Shown: positions 17,948 to 26,960 of the stretch, in pieces
Position numbering within the stretch: the first letter of the stretch is position 1
Layout: every line of letters begins with the position of its first letter
NCBI GenBank assembly: GCA_046293555.1
Contig: JBKBOT010000009.1
Span: forward strand, 21,981-57,121
DNA: 35,141 nucleotides
Source of the DNA: Pyrobaculum sp.
Lineage (GTDB): Archaea; Thermoproteota; Thermoprotei; Thermoproteales; Thermoproteaceae
Direction of reading: 5' to 3'
Notes under the pieces: model-generated
The model's input: only the letters and a program-made list of their open reading frames with translations
Told to the model about the DNA's origin: nothing
The model's database searches: none
Made by a program: the position numbers and the translations under genes

Positions 17948-18730
17948 ATGCCTACCGTGATGGTAACTATAGCTGGGAACCCCACAATAGACATTATCTA
18001 CACCCACAACGGCGTGTTTAAGAGATTTGGAGGCCCTATCTACTACGCCTCTCTGGCGCTCAACGCGCTGGGCGCCAAGGCGAGGGCTATCGGCGTGGCT
18101 TCTCCAGAGGTGGCACGTGAGTTAAGAGAGGTCTTCCAGAGACTGGGGGTAGAGCCACAGTTTATAGAAGCTGACGTCACTACGACCTTTGAGCTAGACT
18201 ATAGGAAAAAGCCCAGGTCCATAAGGCTGTTAAAAAGGCCGTCGATAGGAGTCAGAAAGGCCTCTGGCGACGTGGTGATATTATCTCCGGTATATGACGA
18301 GTTAAGAGAAACTGAGGTAGAGGCAGGGAGGGTGGCGGCAGACCTGCAGGGATACCTAAGGGCAAATCTGCCGCCGCCAGAGGCCGACTTGGTACATTTT
18401 TCTCTAGACGACCTATCTCTAGGCCTCAGGGAGCTAAGCGAATTTGCCTCCAGGTGGCCTACTGTGGTGTATACACTGGGGGAAGAGGGGACATATGTGG
18501 TTCAACATGGCGACGTGTATTATGTAAACAGCGCGAGGATAAAAGTAGAAGACGTCACTGGGAGTGGAGACGTCTTCTTGGCGATACTTACATATCTCCA
18601 CTTCGTAAAGGGAGAAGAGCTTTTCAAAGCTGTCTGCGAGTCTAGCCAATATGTGGCCGGGTTTCTAGCCACAGGCGTGGTGTCTAGACATCAGTTTGAC
18701 TGTGTTATACAAGTTGTTCTAAGGCGGTGA
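17948..18730 (+). CDS. PfkB/ribokinase-family kinase
   Basis: GNPTID, GGP..Y, TLGEEG, DVTGSGDVF anion-hole motif. Confidence 0.85.
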   Translation: MPTVMVTIAGNPTIDIIYTHNGVFKRFGGPIYYASLALNALGAKARAIGVASPEVARELREVFQRLGVEPQFIEADVTTTFELDYRKKPRSIRLLKRPSIGVRKASGDVVILSPVYDELRETEVEAGRVAADLQGYLRANLPPPEADLVHFSLDDLSLGLRELSEFASRWPTVVYTLGEEGTYVVQHGDVYYVNSARIKVEDVTGSGDVFLAILTYLHFVKGEELFKAVCESSQYVAGFLATGVVSRHQFDCVIQVVLRR

Positions 18731-19565
18731 TTTTAGTAAGCACGTCAGTCCTAGTGACTATTCCCACAAGTTTGTTTTCAGAATCTACTACCAACACTCT
18801 CCCAATTCCGCTAGACGTCATGAGGTTTATGACCTCATGTATGTCCTCATCTTCATGGACTGTGGGGGGGTCTGGCATCATGACGTCTTTAACCTTTGTC
18901 TCTAGTGCACACGCGGCTACAGCTTCCATCACTTTTGAGGCCATGAGGAGACCCACCGGCCTTTTGGCTTCATCTACCACCGGCAGTCCCCTATACCTCT
19001 TTTCTATGATTAGCCGTATGTAGTTTTTCACGGGGTCGTCTGGCTTTGCGGTCACGGGGTTTTGGGTCATCATGTTCTTTATGGCCACCCTGGGGATTGA
19101 GATTATAGAGCTTATCTCTACAAGCGACTCGAGGTCGGCCTTAATCACCCTGCCTATTAACACTACGCCGCTTGGCAAAGGGCCTATCCTCACCTCTTTT
19201 TCTATGTATGGGGTTAGATCGCCTATTGTCCTTATAGAGGCATAGGGCTTTTTTGAAAGCAGGCCTATAAGGGTGATATCTAGGGCGTAGCCTATGACGT
19301 TTCCCATGGCCACTACGGGGACTGAAAACATCTGGCGTGACAAGATGTCGTTTGCCTTAGAGGTGGGTATATACCCGCCGTGAGGCCCCGCCTTGCTTAT
19401 CACGAGACCCATAGACTTCAGGATTGATAACATGTTACGCACGTATCCCTCATGAATGCCTAGCATATGGGCTATGTCTCTAGACTTCACGGGCCCCCCC
19501 TCTTTGTTGTAAAGTTTTACTAACGCCTCTAGTACGTTATATACCGAATCAGAGAGACTCGCCAT
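18705..19565 (-). CDS. Transcriptional regulator with N-terminal wHTH and C-terminal CBS pair
   Basis: LVKLY...PVKSRDIA...VRNML..LKSMGLV.SKAGPHGGYIPT plus two CBS repeats (YRGLPVVD, LVGIVTRTD). Confidence 0.85.
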   Translation of the reverse strand: MASLSDSVYNVLEALVKLYNKEGGPVKSRDIAHMLGIHEGYVRNMLSILKSMGLVISKAGPHGGYIPTSKANDILSRQMFSVPVVAMGNVIGYALDITLIGLLSKKPYASIRTIGDLTPYIEKEVRIGPLPSGVVLIGRVIKADLESLVEISSIISIPRVAIKNMMTQNPVTAKPDDPVKNYIRLIIEKRYRGLPVVDEAKRPVGLLMASKVMEAVAACALETKVKDVMMPDPPTVHEDEDIHEVINLMTSSGIGRVLVVDSENKLVGIVTRTDVLTKITALEQLV

Positions 19566-19595
19566 TGTGTATTTTATATTTAAAAAATATAAATC

Positions 19596-19650
19596 TTTCA
19601 GCGATCGGTCTCCCGTTCATAACTCGCTAGACCGTTTTTTCATCACAAGT
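19596..19650 (-). ncRNA. C/D-box guide sRNA
   Basis: GTGATGA (C, 19640-19646), aaaaacggtcta, GCGA (D'), ATGAAC (degenerate C'), gggagaccgatcg, CTGA (D, 19598-19601); intergenic. Confidence 0.8.
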
Positions 19651-19683
19651 TAACGTTTTTAAAATAATTTAATTGCCAGGTTA

Positions 19684-20601
19684 ATGTTGGCATTAATTAC
19701 AGACCCCGTAGACCCCATAATTAAGGAAAAACTGGAGAATCTAGGCATTAAGACAGACTTAAGGCCCGGCATCTCGAGAGAAGAGCTGTTAAAAATAGTT
19801 GGGAATTACAACATGCTGATATTTAGGGGCAGACTAAAAATAGACAGGGAGGTTATCGACGCCGGGAAAAACCTGAAAATTCTCGCCAGATATGGGGTAG
19901 GTCTTGACAACGTCGATGTGGAGTACGCAGTGAGGAAGGGAATTTCTGTATTAAGTGCCCCAAGCGCCCCGACGCAAAGCGTGGCGGAGCTGACAATAGG
20001 GCTTATGCTGTCTGTAGCTCGGCGCATATCACTACTAGACGCCAAGGTGAAGGCGGGGGAGTGGCCTAAGGGGAGATATATTGGCATGGAGCTGGCGGGA
20101 AAGACTTTAGGAGTGGTGGGCTTTGGGAGGATTGGCAGGGCGGTGGCACAAATCGCGAGAGGCATGGGGATGAGGATTATTGCCAGCGACGTCGTCGACG
20201 TGAGTAATGAGGTAAAGAGGCTTGACGGGGCCCAAGTGTCATTACAAGACTTGTTGAAAAACAGTGACGTCATTTCAACACACGTCTCTCTCACGCCGTC
20301 GACTTACAGGCTTCTAAATGCGGAGAACCTACCGCTGGTTAAAGACGGCGCCATCATCATAAACACCAGCCGGGGGGAGGTTATAGACCACGAGGCGTTG
20401 TTACGACATATAGACAGGCTGTGGGGAGTGGGGCTAGACGTCTTGCCAGAAGAGCCGCCGAAAAGCCCCTACTTAAGACAGCTCATCTCACATGAGAAAG
20501 TGGTGGTGACCCCACATGTGGGCTCCGAGACGTGGGAGGCCATGAAAAGACTTGCAGAAGAGCTAGCCGCCAATATCGAAGAGACTGTCTCGAGAATATG
20601 A
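19684..20601 (+). CDS. serA: D-isomer 2-hydroxyacid dehydrogenase, D-3-phosphoglycerate dehydrogenase-like (no ACT domain)
   Basis: RYGVGLDNVD, SVAEL, GFGRIG, INTSRG, LDV..EEP, TPHVGS. Confidence 0.75.
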   Translation: MLALITDPVDPIIKEKLENLGIKTDLRPGISREELLKIVGNYNMLIFRGRLKIDREVIDAGKNLKILARYGVGLDNVDVEYAVRKGISVLSAPSAPTQSVAELTIGLMLSVARRISLLDAKVKAGEWPKGRYIGMELAGKTLGVVGFGRIGRAVAQIARGMGMRIIASDVVDVSNEVKRLDGAQVSLQDLLKNSDVISTHVSLTPSTYRLLNAENLPLVKDGAIIINTSRGEVIDHEALLRHIDRLWGVGLDVLPEEPPKSPYLRQLISHEKVVVTPHVGSETWEAMKRLAEELAANIEETVSRI

Positions 20602-21608
20602 AATACCTCACGCCGGGGCCTGTACAACTACCCACCTTTATAGTAGAGGCAATCTCAAGACAGCCGCCTTTCCACCGCGGCGAGGAGTTTAAACAACTGT
20701 TTAAATCTGTGTTAGACAGGTTGGCTCAGCTATATCCATCTCGAGCGGTAATAATGCCGGGCACGGGGACGTTGGCTGTAGACACCATGGTGTATAACTA
20801 CGTAAACCCCGGCGAGAAGGTCTTAGCTCTGGTCTACGGCGAGTTTGGGAAGAGGGCTGCAGAAAGCGCCAGAACTAGAGGCGCGGTGGTGTTAGAGATA
20901 GAGAGAGACATCCCCCCAACTCCAGAAGAGGTGGAGGACTTGTTAAGAAGAGATAGAGAGATAAAGGCCGTCTTGTTGATACATAACGAGACTAGTACCG
21001 GCATGGTGTATAAAGAGGTTAAAAAACTTGTAGACATAGTTAAGTCGTATGGAGCCCTGTTGTTAGTAGACAGCGTGTCTGGCTTCCCGGCAGAGCCCCT
21101 GCCAGAAGGCATAGACGTGGTGGCCACAGCCTCTCACAAGGCCCTCCTGGCGCCTCCCGGCGCCGCCGTTTTATTTATCTCCAGAGAGCCTAGAGCCGCC
21201 GCCGCGGTCCCCCCCTCGATGGAGTTAAGAAAGTTTCTCAAGATGAGAGACCACCTGGAGACTCCATACACGCCGCCTATCTCCATACTGTTCGCCCTAG
21301 ACATCTCTTTAGGCTATATACTCAAGCTCGGGGATAAATATAGTGAAATACATAGAGAGAGGGCGCAGTATCTATACTCACAGGTAAAACTCCAGCCCAT
21401 CCCACCTCCCGCAGTGCGCAGTAGTACTGTCACTGCCTTCTTATGTGAAAAACCTAAAGAAGTCATTAAAAAACTTAGAGAGGCGGGATATGTGATTGCC
21501 GGAGGTATGTACAAATATAGAGAAAAGTCGATTAGAATTGGGGTGATGGGCGACATAAATTTTGACGACCTATATAAGGTAAGCGAGATAGTAAATGGTG
21601 TGGCTTGA
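20598..21608 (+). CDS. Class V PLP aminotransferase (serine-pyruvate / archaeal phosphoserine aminotransferase-like)
   Basis: LTPGP, HNETSTG, VDSVS, ASHKAL.APPG, TPYTP, RIGVMG; ATG 20598 overlaps the serA stop (ATGA). Confidence 0.85.
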   Translation: MKYLTPGPVQLPTFIVEAISRQPPFHRGEEFKQLFKSVLDRLAQLYPSRAVIMPGTGTLAVDTMVYNYVNPGEKVLALVYGEFGKRAAESARTRGAVVLEIERDIPPTPEEVEDLLRRDREIKAVLLIHNETSTGMVYKEVKKLVDIVKSYGALLLVDSVSGFPAEPLPEGIDVVATASHKALLAPPGAAVLFISREPRAAAAVPPSMELRKFLKMRDHLETPYTPPISILFALDISLGYILKLGDKYSEIHRERAQYLYSQVKLQPIPPPAVRSSTVTAFLCEKPKEVIKKLREAGYVIAGGMYKYREKSIRIGVMGDINFDDLYKVSEIVNGVA

Positions 21609-22392
21609 CAAGGCCAACTGCCGCCTCTGTATAATACATTCAAGAACTGGAGATTTGATCAGACTTGACAAGCCTGAGAAGATTTCTGAAATCTTAAGAG
21701 AGCTCTCCCAACTTATCGAACATCCAAGCAGAAGTGTTGCCTTTTCGCAAAGCTTCTCGAAAGTAGCCAAGCTTGTAGAGATGGAAGACCCCTACCGCGA
21801 GTATAAGAAAAAGCTTGCTGATATCGGGAAAAAAGTCGCCGAGTCTGTACGGCGTAGGTTAGAACAGACGTCTTGGGATCTAAAAAACGCCTTAAGAATA
21901 GCAGCGGCGGCTAACATAGTTGATACAAGCGTACTTGGCTATAGGCCTAAAAAGCTTGAGGAAGCTGTGTGGGACCTCCCGGCTATTGAGGAGTATGTAG
22001 AGCTGCCCAGAGAGGTATATTACGTCCTAGACAACTCCGGCGAGGCCCAGGTAGACCTGGTCGTGGCAGAGGCTTTGGAGAGAAACGGCGTCAAGCCCAC
22101 CTTTGTGGTGAGATCTGAGCCGTACGAGATAGACGTATTGGAAAAAGACTTAGAGAGCTATAAGGTGGTGACAACTCCAGGCAACATCTCTCCAGTGAGG
22201 TGGATAAATGACGGCTTTATGATAGCTAAGGGGATTGCAAACCTAGAGGCATATCTAGAATGGGGCCGGGCCCCCTCGCTCCACTTATTTAGGGCAAAAT
22301 GCGACGTGTTAGCCAGGACCTTTTCTGTATCTAGAAACGCTCCCATTATAATTAGTGGAGAGAAGGCAAAGATTATCAACTTGATATTATAA
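21595..22392 (+). CDS. DUF89/ARMT1-like metal-dependent phosphatase
   Basis: N-terminal CxxC, DPY...K, AANIVD, LDNSGE, IAKGIANLE, FRAKC. Confidence 0.82.
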   Translation: MVWLDKANCRLCIIHSRTGDLIRLDKPEKISEILRELSQLIEHPSRSVAFSQSFSKVAKLVEMEDPYREYKKKLADIGKKVAESVRRRLEQTSWDLKNALRIAAAANIVDTSVLGYRPKKLEEAVWDLPAIEEYVELPREVYYVLDNSGEAQVDLVVAEALERNGVKPTFVVRSEPYEIDVLEKDLESYKVVTTPGNISPVRWINDGFMIAKGIANLEAYLEWGRAPSLHLFRAKCDVLARTFSVSRNAPIIISGEKAKIINLIL

Positions 22393-22795
22393 GCTTGATT
22401 GGGACGCCGTTTTTGTACTGCACAGAGATTTTAAGCTGCTCTAAGCCCCCCTGTTCGATCACCGAACGTGCCACTTCTCTCACTTTTTTCAACACGCTTA
22501 ACATGTCCACCATGTGTTTATACGACTCCTCCAGGGTCTCTACTCTCTCTATGGGGTTTGGGTCTACGTACAGCTGTAAGCCGGTAATTTCTATTGCCGG
22601 ACTTCTCTCCGCCTGACCCCCACTGAACTTCTTCAACAGTTCTTGTAGCCTCCTATATCTCTCCAAGAGGGGCCTTAGGCTTTCTATCTCTTTACTAGTT
22701 GTCTTCACTAATTCTTCAAGCTCTTGTATCTGTGCGTCTAGATCTGTAAGAAACTCTATGGCACTGGTATATGTCTTGACCAAATATATGTCCAT
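22376..22795 (-). CDS. Hypothetical coiled-coil protein
   Basis: 139 aa; two long amphipathic helices around a short beta insert; TTTATAAA promoter at about 22815-22822. Confidence 0.72.
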   Translation of the reverse strand: MDIYLVKTYTSAIEFLTDLDAQIQELEELVKTTSKEIESLRPLLERYRRLQELLKKFSGGQAERSPAIEITGLQLYVDPNPIERVETLEESYKHMVDMLSVLKKVREVARSVIEQGGLEQLKISVQYKNGVPIKLIISS

Positions 22796-22830
22796 ATGTC
22801 TTAGTTGTTCACCATTTATAAATACGTCAC

Positions 22831-24081
22831 TTAGGTAAGCCAGGGGTTTTTTTCTACCAGCTTGCCGCCGTATGTGTTTACATATATTGTATATTCGCCT
22901 TCCCCCAGCCGCGATGTGATACAGTCATAGAGGTTGACAAATTTACGTCTTTTAATCACGTAGACTTTCGAGCCTTGAACGAAGGGCCCCACCACCTCCT
23001 CACCCAAATATTTCTCCACAAAGGCGTCAACCGCCTTGTCGTAAACAGGCGGCCCTCTATGTAGTACAAAAGGCTGTAACTCCACCTGCTCGACCACATA
23101 GATTAACATCACGTAGGTCTTTTCGTCACTTTCCACACCCCACCTATATACCTTAAAGCCACACTCCTTAACCCAGTTGTATAACGTCTTTCCCAGCTTC
23201 TTATATTTGCCCCACACCACTTCAGGCGGCATTTGGGGATAGGGAAAAACCACCTCCACTGTGTTAAGCCTAAGGGTTTTGGCCGGCTGGGGGGAGAAAT
23301 ATGAGAGAGACGGCCTTCTTAAAAACCGCCGCGCAGCTAAAATAAACGTGGAGACTGACGTCAGGGAGACAGCCGCCGCCACGTTTCTCTCTGGGTCCAC
23401 CGGATCTATGACAACAAGGGGAGCCTTAAATTTCTTCTTCACGTCGCTAAAGGCTATGTAGGTCTTGTAGGGCCGCCACCTTTCTACAGCCTTTAAAACG
23501 TCGAGAAACGAGCCGTAGTATACTGCCAACAGCTCTGTGAGATATCCAGAAAAGCCCTCTACCCTGATCTCAGCCCCGTAGACGCCGATAGTTCTCAAAA
23601 ATAGTTTTAACAGACGTACGTCTCTCTTTTGGCTTTCTGTAAGCCTCTCAGCTAGAAATCTGTGGTGTAATGGAGAGCGGTCTGCCGCAGTTATGGGCCT
23701 CTCTCCAGGCCTAATTTCATAACACGGCACTACGTCTACCTCATAGCCCTCCAGAAAGAGGGTGAGATATGGATGTTGCGCATATCGCATAGCCCACGGG
23801 ATTCCCACATCTGAAAAATGCCGGGCGGCTTTCTGTATAATTTCTTCTGGCTTTATGTCCCTATCTTTCAAGATTATAAACATGTCGACATCCCGCTGGT
23901 TGGGAAGCCAAGTGGAGCGGGCGGCAGAACCCAAAACCTCCACCTCTGCGGGAAGCCCCTGAGACGAGATCCATTGTTTCAAAAACTCTTTTACGCTAGA
24001 CGCCACCGAGCTTAACTTGTTTTCTTCTTCTACAGTTGGAGTCACTAAGGCATATGCCTTCTTTAGGACTTCTTCTATCAC
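22831..24081 (-). CDS. cca: Class I CCA-adding enzyme
   Basis: GSAARSTWL...DVDMF, YAQHPY, VDVVPCY, ADRSPLH, GVYGAE, GFSGYLTELL, DPVDPERNVAAA. Confidence 0.95.
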   Translation of the reverse strand: MIEEVLKKAYALVTPTVEEENKLSSVASSVKEFLKQWISSQGLPAEVEVLGSAARSTWLPNQRDVDMFIILKDRDIKPEEIIQKAARHFSDVGIPWAMRYAQHPYLTLFLEGYEVDVVPCYEIRPGERPITAADRSPLHHRFLAERLTESQKRDVRLLKLFLRTIGVYGAEIRVEGFSGYLTELLAVYYGSFLDVLKAVERWRPYKTYIAFSDVKKKFKAPLVVIDPVDPERNVAAAVSLTSVSTFILAARRFLRRPSLSYFSPQPAKTLRLNTVEVVFPYPQMPPEVVWGKYKKLGKTLYNWVKECGFKVYRWGVESDEKTYVMLIYVVEQVELQPFVLHRGPPVYDKAVDAFVEKYLGEEVVGPFVQGSKVYVIKRRKFVNLYDCITSRLGEGEYTIYVNTYGGKLVEKNPWLT

Positions 24082-24641
24082 GTAAGAGAGAGAACAAAGA
24101 GGTCACTATATATAGGTCCCCGTGGAGTTAAGACAGACTTCTTTAACTTAACTTTATCTACCTTAATTGCGCCAAAGTTCACCTCTCTATACCTCGAGAC
24201 GAGATCTCTAACTCTCTCTATATTACGGCCTGATTTAATCCTGCCGATAGTCAGATGGGGGACGAACTCCTCTCTCTCCACATGTGCCGCATATCTGTCT
24301 ATACTTTCTCTTATGGCCCTAGCCACCTTTTTGATCTCGTCAACTCCTTGAGACACCCCAATCCACAACACACGCGGTCTTGACAAGTCTGGAAAGACCC
24401 CCATTCCGGCGAGGCCGAGTTGAAACTTGTTAAGCCTCAACGTGGAGAGGGCCTTTACCACGTCATTTACCCTACCTTGGGGTATCTCTCCGAGAAATCT
24501 AAGGGTGAAATGTAGGTTCTCTCTCTCTACGAGCTTTATATCTAGGCCTAGGCGGAGGGCCTCATGCTGGACTTCCTCTATTTTTTTCACCACGTCTACG
24601 TCCTCTATGTCTATGGCGACAAACGCCCTCACGAGGCTCAC
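24078..24641 (-). CDS. thpR: RNA 2',3'-cyclic phosphodiesterase (2H phosphoesterase, 2'-5' RNA ligase family)
   Basis: RAFVAI, HFTLRFLG and PHLTIGR HxT motifs, S.LTPRGPIY. Confidence 0.93.
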   Translation of the reverse strand: MSLVRAFVAIDIEDVDVVKKIEEVQHEALRLGLDIKLVERENLHFTLRFLGEIPQGRVNDVVKALSTLRLNKFQLGLAGMGVFPDLSRPRVLWIGVSQGVDEIKKVARAIRESIDRYAAHVEREEFVPHLTIGRIKSGRNIERVRDLVSRYREVNFGAIKVDKVKLKKSVLTPRGPIYSDLFVLSLT

Positions 24642-25072
24642 GTCTCCAGCCTATATACACTTTTTGCAATTAACTCACAGGTGCTGGGCGTTATAAAGCC
24701 TACGCCACACCGGTCTGAATACGGGCAGTAAGTACAAGGAATTGAGAGAAGAGTTTTCAACTCTTCTGGCAGGCTGTCTAGATCTATTTTAAACACCTCT
24801 ATAGACTCCTCGCGGATTTTACTGAGAAGCCGGTAGGCTCTCTCCGTAAGTCTAACTGTGTAGACACCCCTCTTGTTGCCCCCAACTCTCTCTCGTACTA
24901 TAAGCCCACGCTTTTCTAGTCTCGCCAAGATGGGCAAGCCTGTCTTACTATCTATCCCAATGTACTTCCACAAGTTCCGCTGCTGGTAGCTACCGCCCAG
25001 TCTCTCCAATCCCTGGAGAATTTGTATCTCCACTTCTGTAAGTACGTCAGACTCTTCAGAAAAGTCCTGCAT
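24638..25072 (-). CDS. wHTH plus C-terminal 4-Cys protein, TFE-beta (RPC34-like) candidate
   Basis: QRNLWK..GIDSK.G..IL.RLEKRGLI.R wHTH and IPCTYCPYSDRC...ITPSTC cluster motif; start 25072 or 25078. Confidence 0.72.
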   Translation of the reverse strand: MQDFSEESDVLTEVEIQILQGLERLGGSYQQRNLWKYIGIDSKTGLPILARLEKRGLIVRERVGGNKRGVYTVRLTERAYRLLSKIREESIEVFKIDLDSLPEELKTLLSIPCTYCPYSDRCGVGFITPSTCELIAKSVYRLET

Positions 25073-25119
25073 GGCCACAGAGAGTTCACGGCCCCAATTT
25101 TTAAACTTTCGCCAAGATA

Positions 25120-25235
25120 TGGTGGGCCCGCCGGGATTTGAACTCCCGGGGTTTGCCCCTCCCGGGACCTCCCGGTTATCAGCCGGGCGCTTTGGCTTGG
25201 CGTATGGCCATCTAACCGGGCTAAGCCACGGGCCC
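25120..25235 (-). tRNA. tRNA-Ile(GAU) with two introns (25192-25211 at position 22/23; 25143-25160 at position 53/54), CCA encoded
   Basis: Spliced product GGGCCCGTGGCTTAGCCCGGTTAG|AGCGCCCGGCTGATAACCGGGAGGTCCCGGG|TTCAAATCCCGGCGGGCCCACCA folds as a cloverleaf; anticodon at 25178-25180; both junctions form BHB-like motifs. Confidence 0.93.
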
Positions 25236-25308
25236 CGCCATAACTATCGCCTACTTATATAAATTTTGTGCCTTTTGGGACGGCCGCCGTTGGTGGCATC
25301 GGAAGGAG

Positions 25309-25393
25309 TGCGGGGGGTGGGATTTGAACCCACGCAGGCCTACGCCACAGGGACCTCAACCCTGCCCCTTTGACCTGGCTCGGGCACCCCCGC
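25309..25393 (-). tRNA. tRNA-Leu(GAG), intronless, CCA not encoded
   Basis: GCGGGGG acceptor stem, CAGGG-TTGAGGT-CCCTG anticodon arm, long variable arm, GGTTCAAATCC T-arm; TTTATAAA at 25416-25423. Confidence 0.96.
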
Positions 25394-25424
25394 CCGTCTT
25401 TTTGTATCTCTGGGATTTATAAAC

Positions 25425-26960
25425 TTACAGCAAAATTGAGACTGTAACGAAGTATGTGGTTATGCCCACAATATCGCCTATTGTAGTTATCAAAGGTCCA
25501 GAAATTACCGCCGGATCTACGCCAATTTTAAACATTATGATTGGGAGGAGAGAGCCGACGAAATTTATCCACATGATTACTAACAGCAGGGCAATTGCCA
25601 CCGCCGCGGCTACTTTAAGAGAGCTCGATATAATTGCGGCAAATCCCACCCCAATTGACGCCATCGAGATGCCGAGAAGTACGCCTATAGTGAACTCTCT
25701 TATTAAAACACGGAAGACGCCTCTAGAGGTGGTGGCGACTTCTCCAAGCGCTATGGCGCGAGTTATGATAGTAGACGCCTGGCTGCCCACAGAGCCGCTC
25801 ATGTGGGCAATAAGCGGCATGAAAGCCACGGCGATTGCCACAGCCTCTATGACGTTTTCAAACGCCTTTATTATAGAGGCGGTAATGCTCTCCACCAGGA
25901 AGATAAATATGAGAGCAAAAGCTCTCTTCTTGAAGATCTCAAACGGCTTTGTGCTCTGGTAATTACCAAAGGGAATAATTGCCTCTAGTTTCAACATGTC
26001 CTCAGTAGCCTCTTTTAGAATTACGTCTATTATGTCGTCAACCCTTAGGTATCCAATTAGCCTCCCATCTTCAGTCACCACTGGCGCAGCCCTAATGCCG
26101 TGCCTAATGAACAGCCGCGCCGCGGCCTCTCTATCCATTTTTGGGGTAAGTACCACCTTCGGCGTTTGTAAAAACTTGTCTATATCTACACCTTTTTCCA
26201 ATATGTCGTATATCTCTACCATACCTAACAACTGCCCCTCGTGATTTACCACATACACTATGTCTGAGTCATGTGACCGAGCCACCTCTAGCGCCTTTTC
26301 CACCGAGTCTCCCATCTTGACATAAGGCACCGCGAGCCTCATTATTCCGCCCACGCTTTCGGGGTCGTATCTCAGATATGATCTAACCTGCTGCCGCATT
26401 GCTGGACTTATCCGTTGTAAGATTGTATGCCTAAGAGATGGGGTAGAGTTTTGAAGAATGTCGACAACTTTCTCTAGCGCCATATTTTCAACTATCTGCG
26501 CCGCGGTTCTTACTTCTAGCTTTTCTAGAAACCCCGCCGCGTGTTTCGGCTCAACGTGTTCCAAAACTGCAACTACCTGATGTGTGGGTAATAACTTTAA
26601 TAACTCAGCGCCGTTGTTTACCATTGTAACCAACACGGCTAGGTCTCTAAAATCTAGCCGCTTGGCCAGCGATATGATCATATCTGGATATTTCTGCAAA
26701 AGATCTGCCAATCTCTGCAAGACGTCTTGCCACTCTCTCTCCACAGCCACACTCTCTATCCCATCTAGCTCCTCTAGGCTACTCACCACGCTTTCTATAT
26801 CCCCATCGCCACTAACAAGAAACACAACTGTGGCCTGTCTATCCTCAATAGCGGTGTAGATATACTCTATGTTGAACCCGTAGTTTGCAAAAACGGTGGA
26901 TAAATCTTTCAATAATCCAACTCTATCAACTGCAGTTATTACAAACAGGATATTAACCAC
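25425..26960 (-). CDS. mgtE: Magnesium transporter MgtE with extra N-terminal ACT domain
   Basis: DRVGLLKDLS ACT start, YDPESVGGIM, CBS pair, EATEDM, GSVGSQ, VDPAVISGPLITTIGDIVG. Confidence 0.9.
   Translation of the reverse strand: MVNILFVITAVDRVGLLKDLSTVFANYGFNIEYIYTAIEDRQATVVFLVSGDGDIESVVSSLEELDGIESVAVEREWQDVLQRLADLLQKYPDMIISLAKRLDFRDLAVLVTMVNNGAELLKLLPTHQVVAVLEHVEPKHAAGFLEKLEVRTAAQIVENMALEKVVDILQNSTPSLRHTILQRISPAMRQQVRSYLRYDPESVGGIMRLAVPYVKMGDSVEKALEVARSHDSDIVYVVNHEGQLLGMVEIYDILEKGVDIDKFLQTPKVVLTPKMDREAAARLFIRHGIRAAPVVTEDGRLIGYLRVDDIIDVILKEATEDMLKLEAIIPFGNYQSTKPFEIFKKRAFALIFIFLVESITASIIKAFENVIEAVAIAVAFMPLIAHMSGSVGSQASTIITRAIALGEVATTSRGVFRVLIREFTIGVLLGISMASIGVGFAAIISSSLKVAAAVAIALLLVIMWINFVGSLLPIIMFKIGVDPAVISGPLITTIGDIVGITTYFVTVSILL

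Noticed and set aside
17909-18007. N-terminal extension of the OppD-like ORF
   Set aside because: Runs through the divergent promoter into the PfkB gene
25071-25262. 63-aa plus-strand ORF
   Set aside because: Antisense shadow of the intron-containing tRNA-Ile gene
25262-25308. Short GC-rich hairpin-like trailer between the two tRNAs, considered as att site or ncRNA
   Set aside because: No duplicated tRNA 3' end or integrase seen in the window; the stem is too short to support a call
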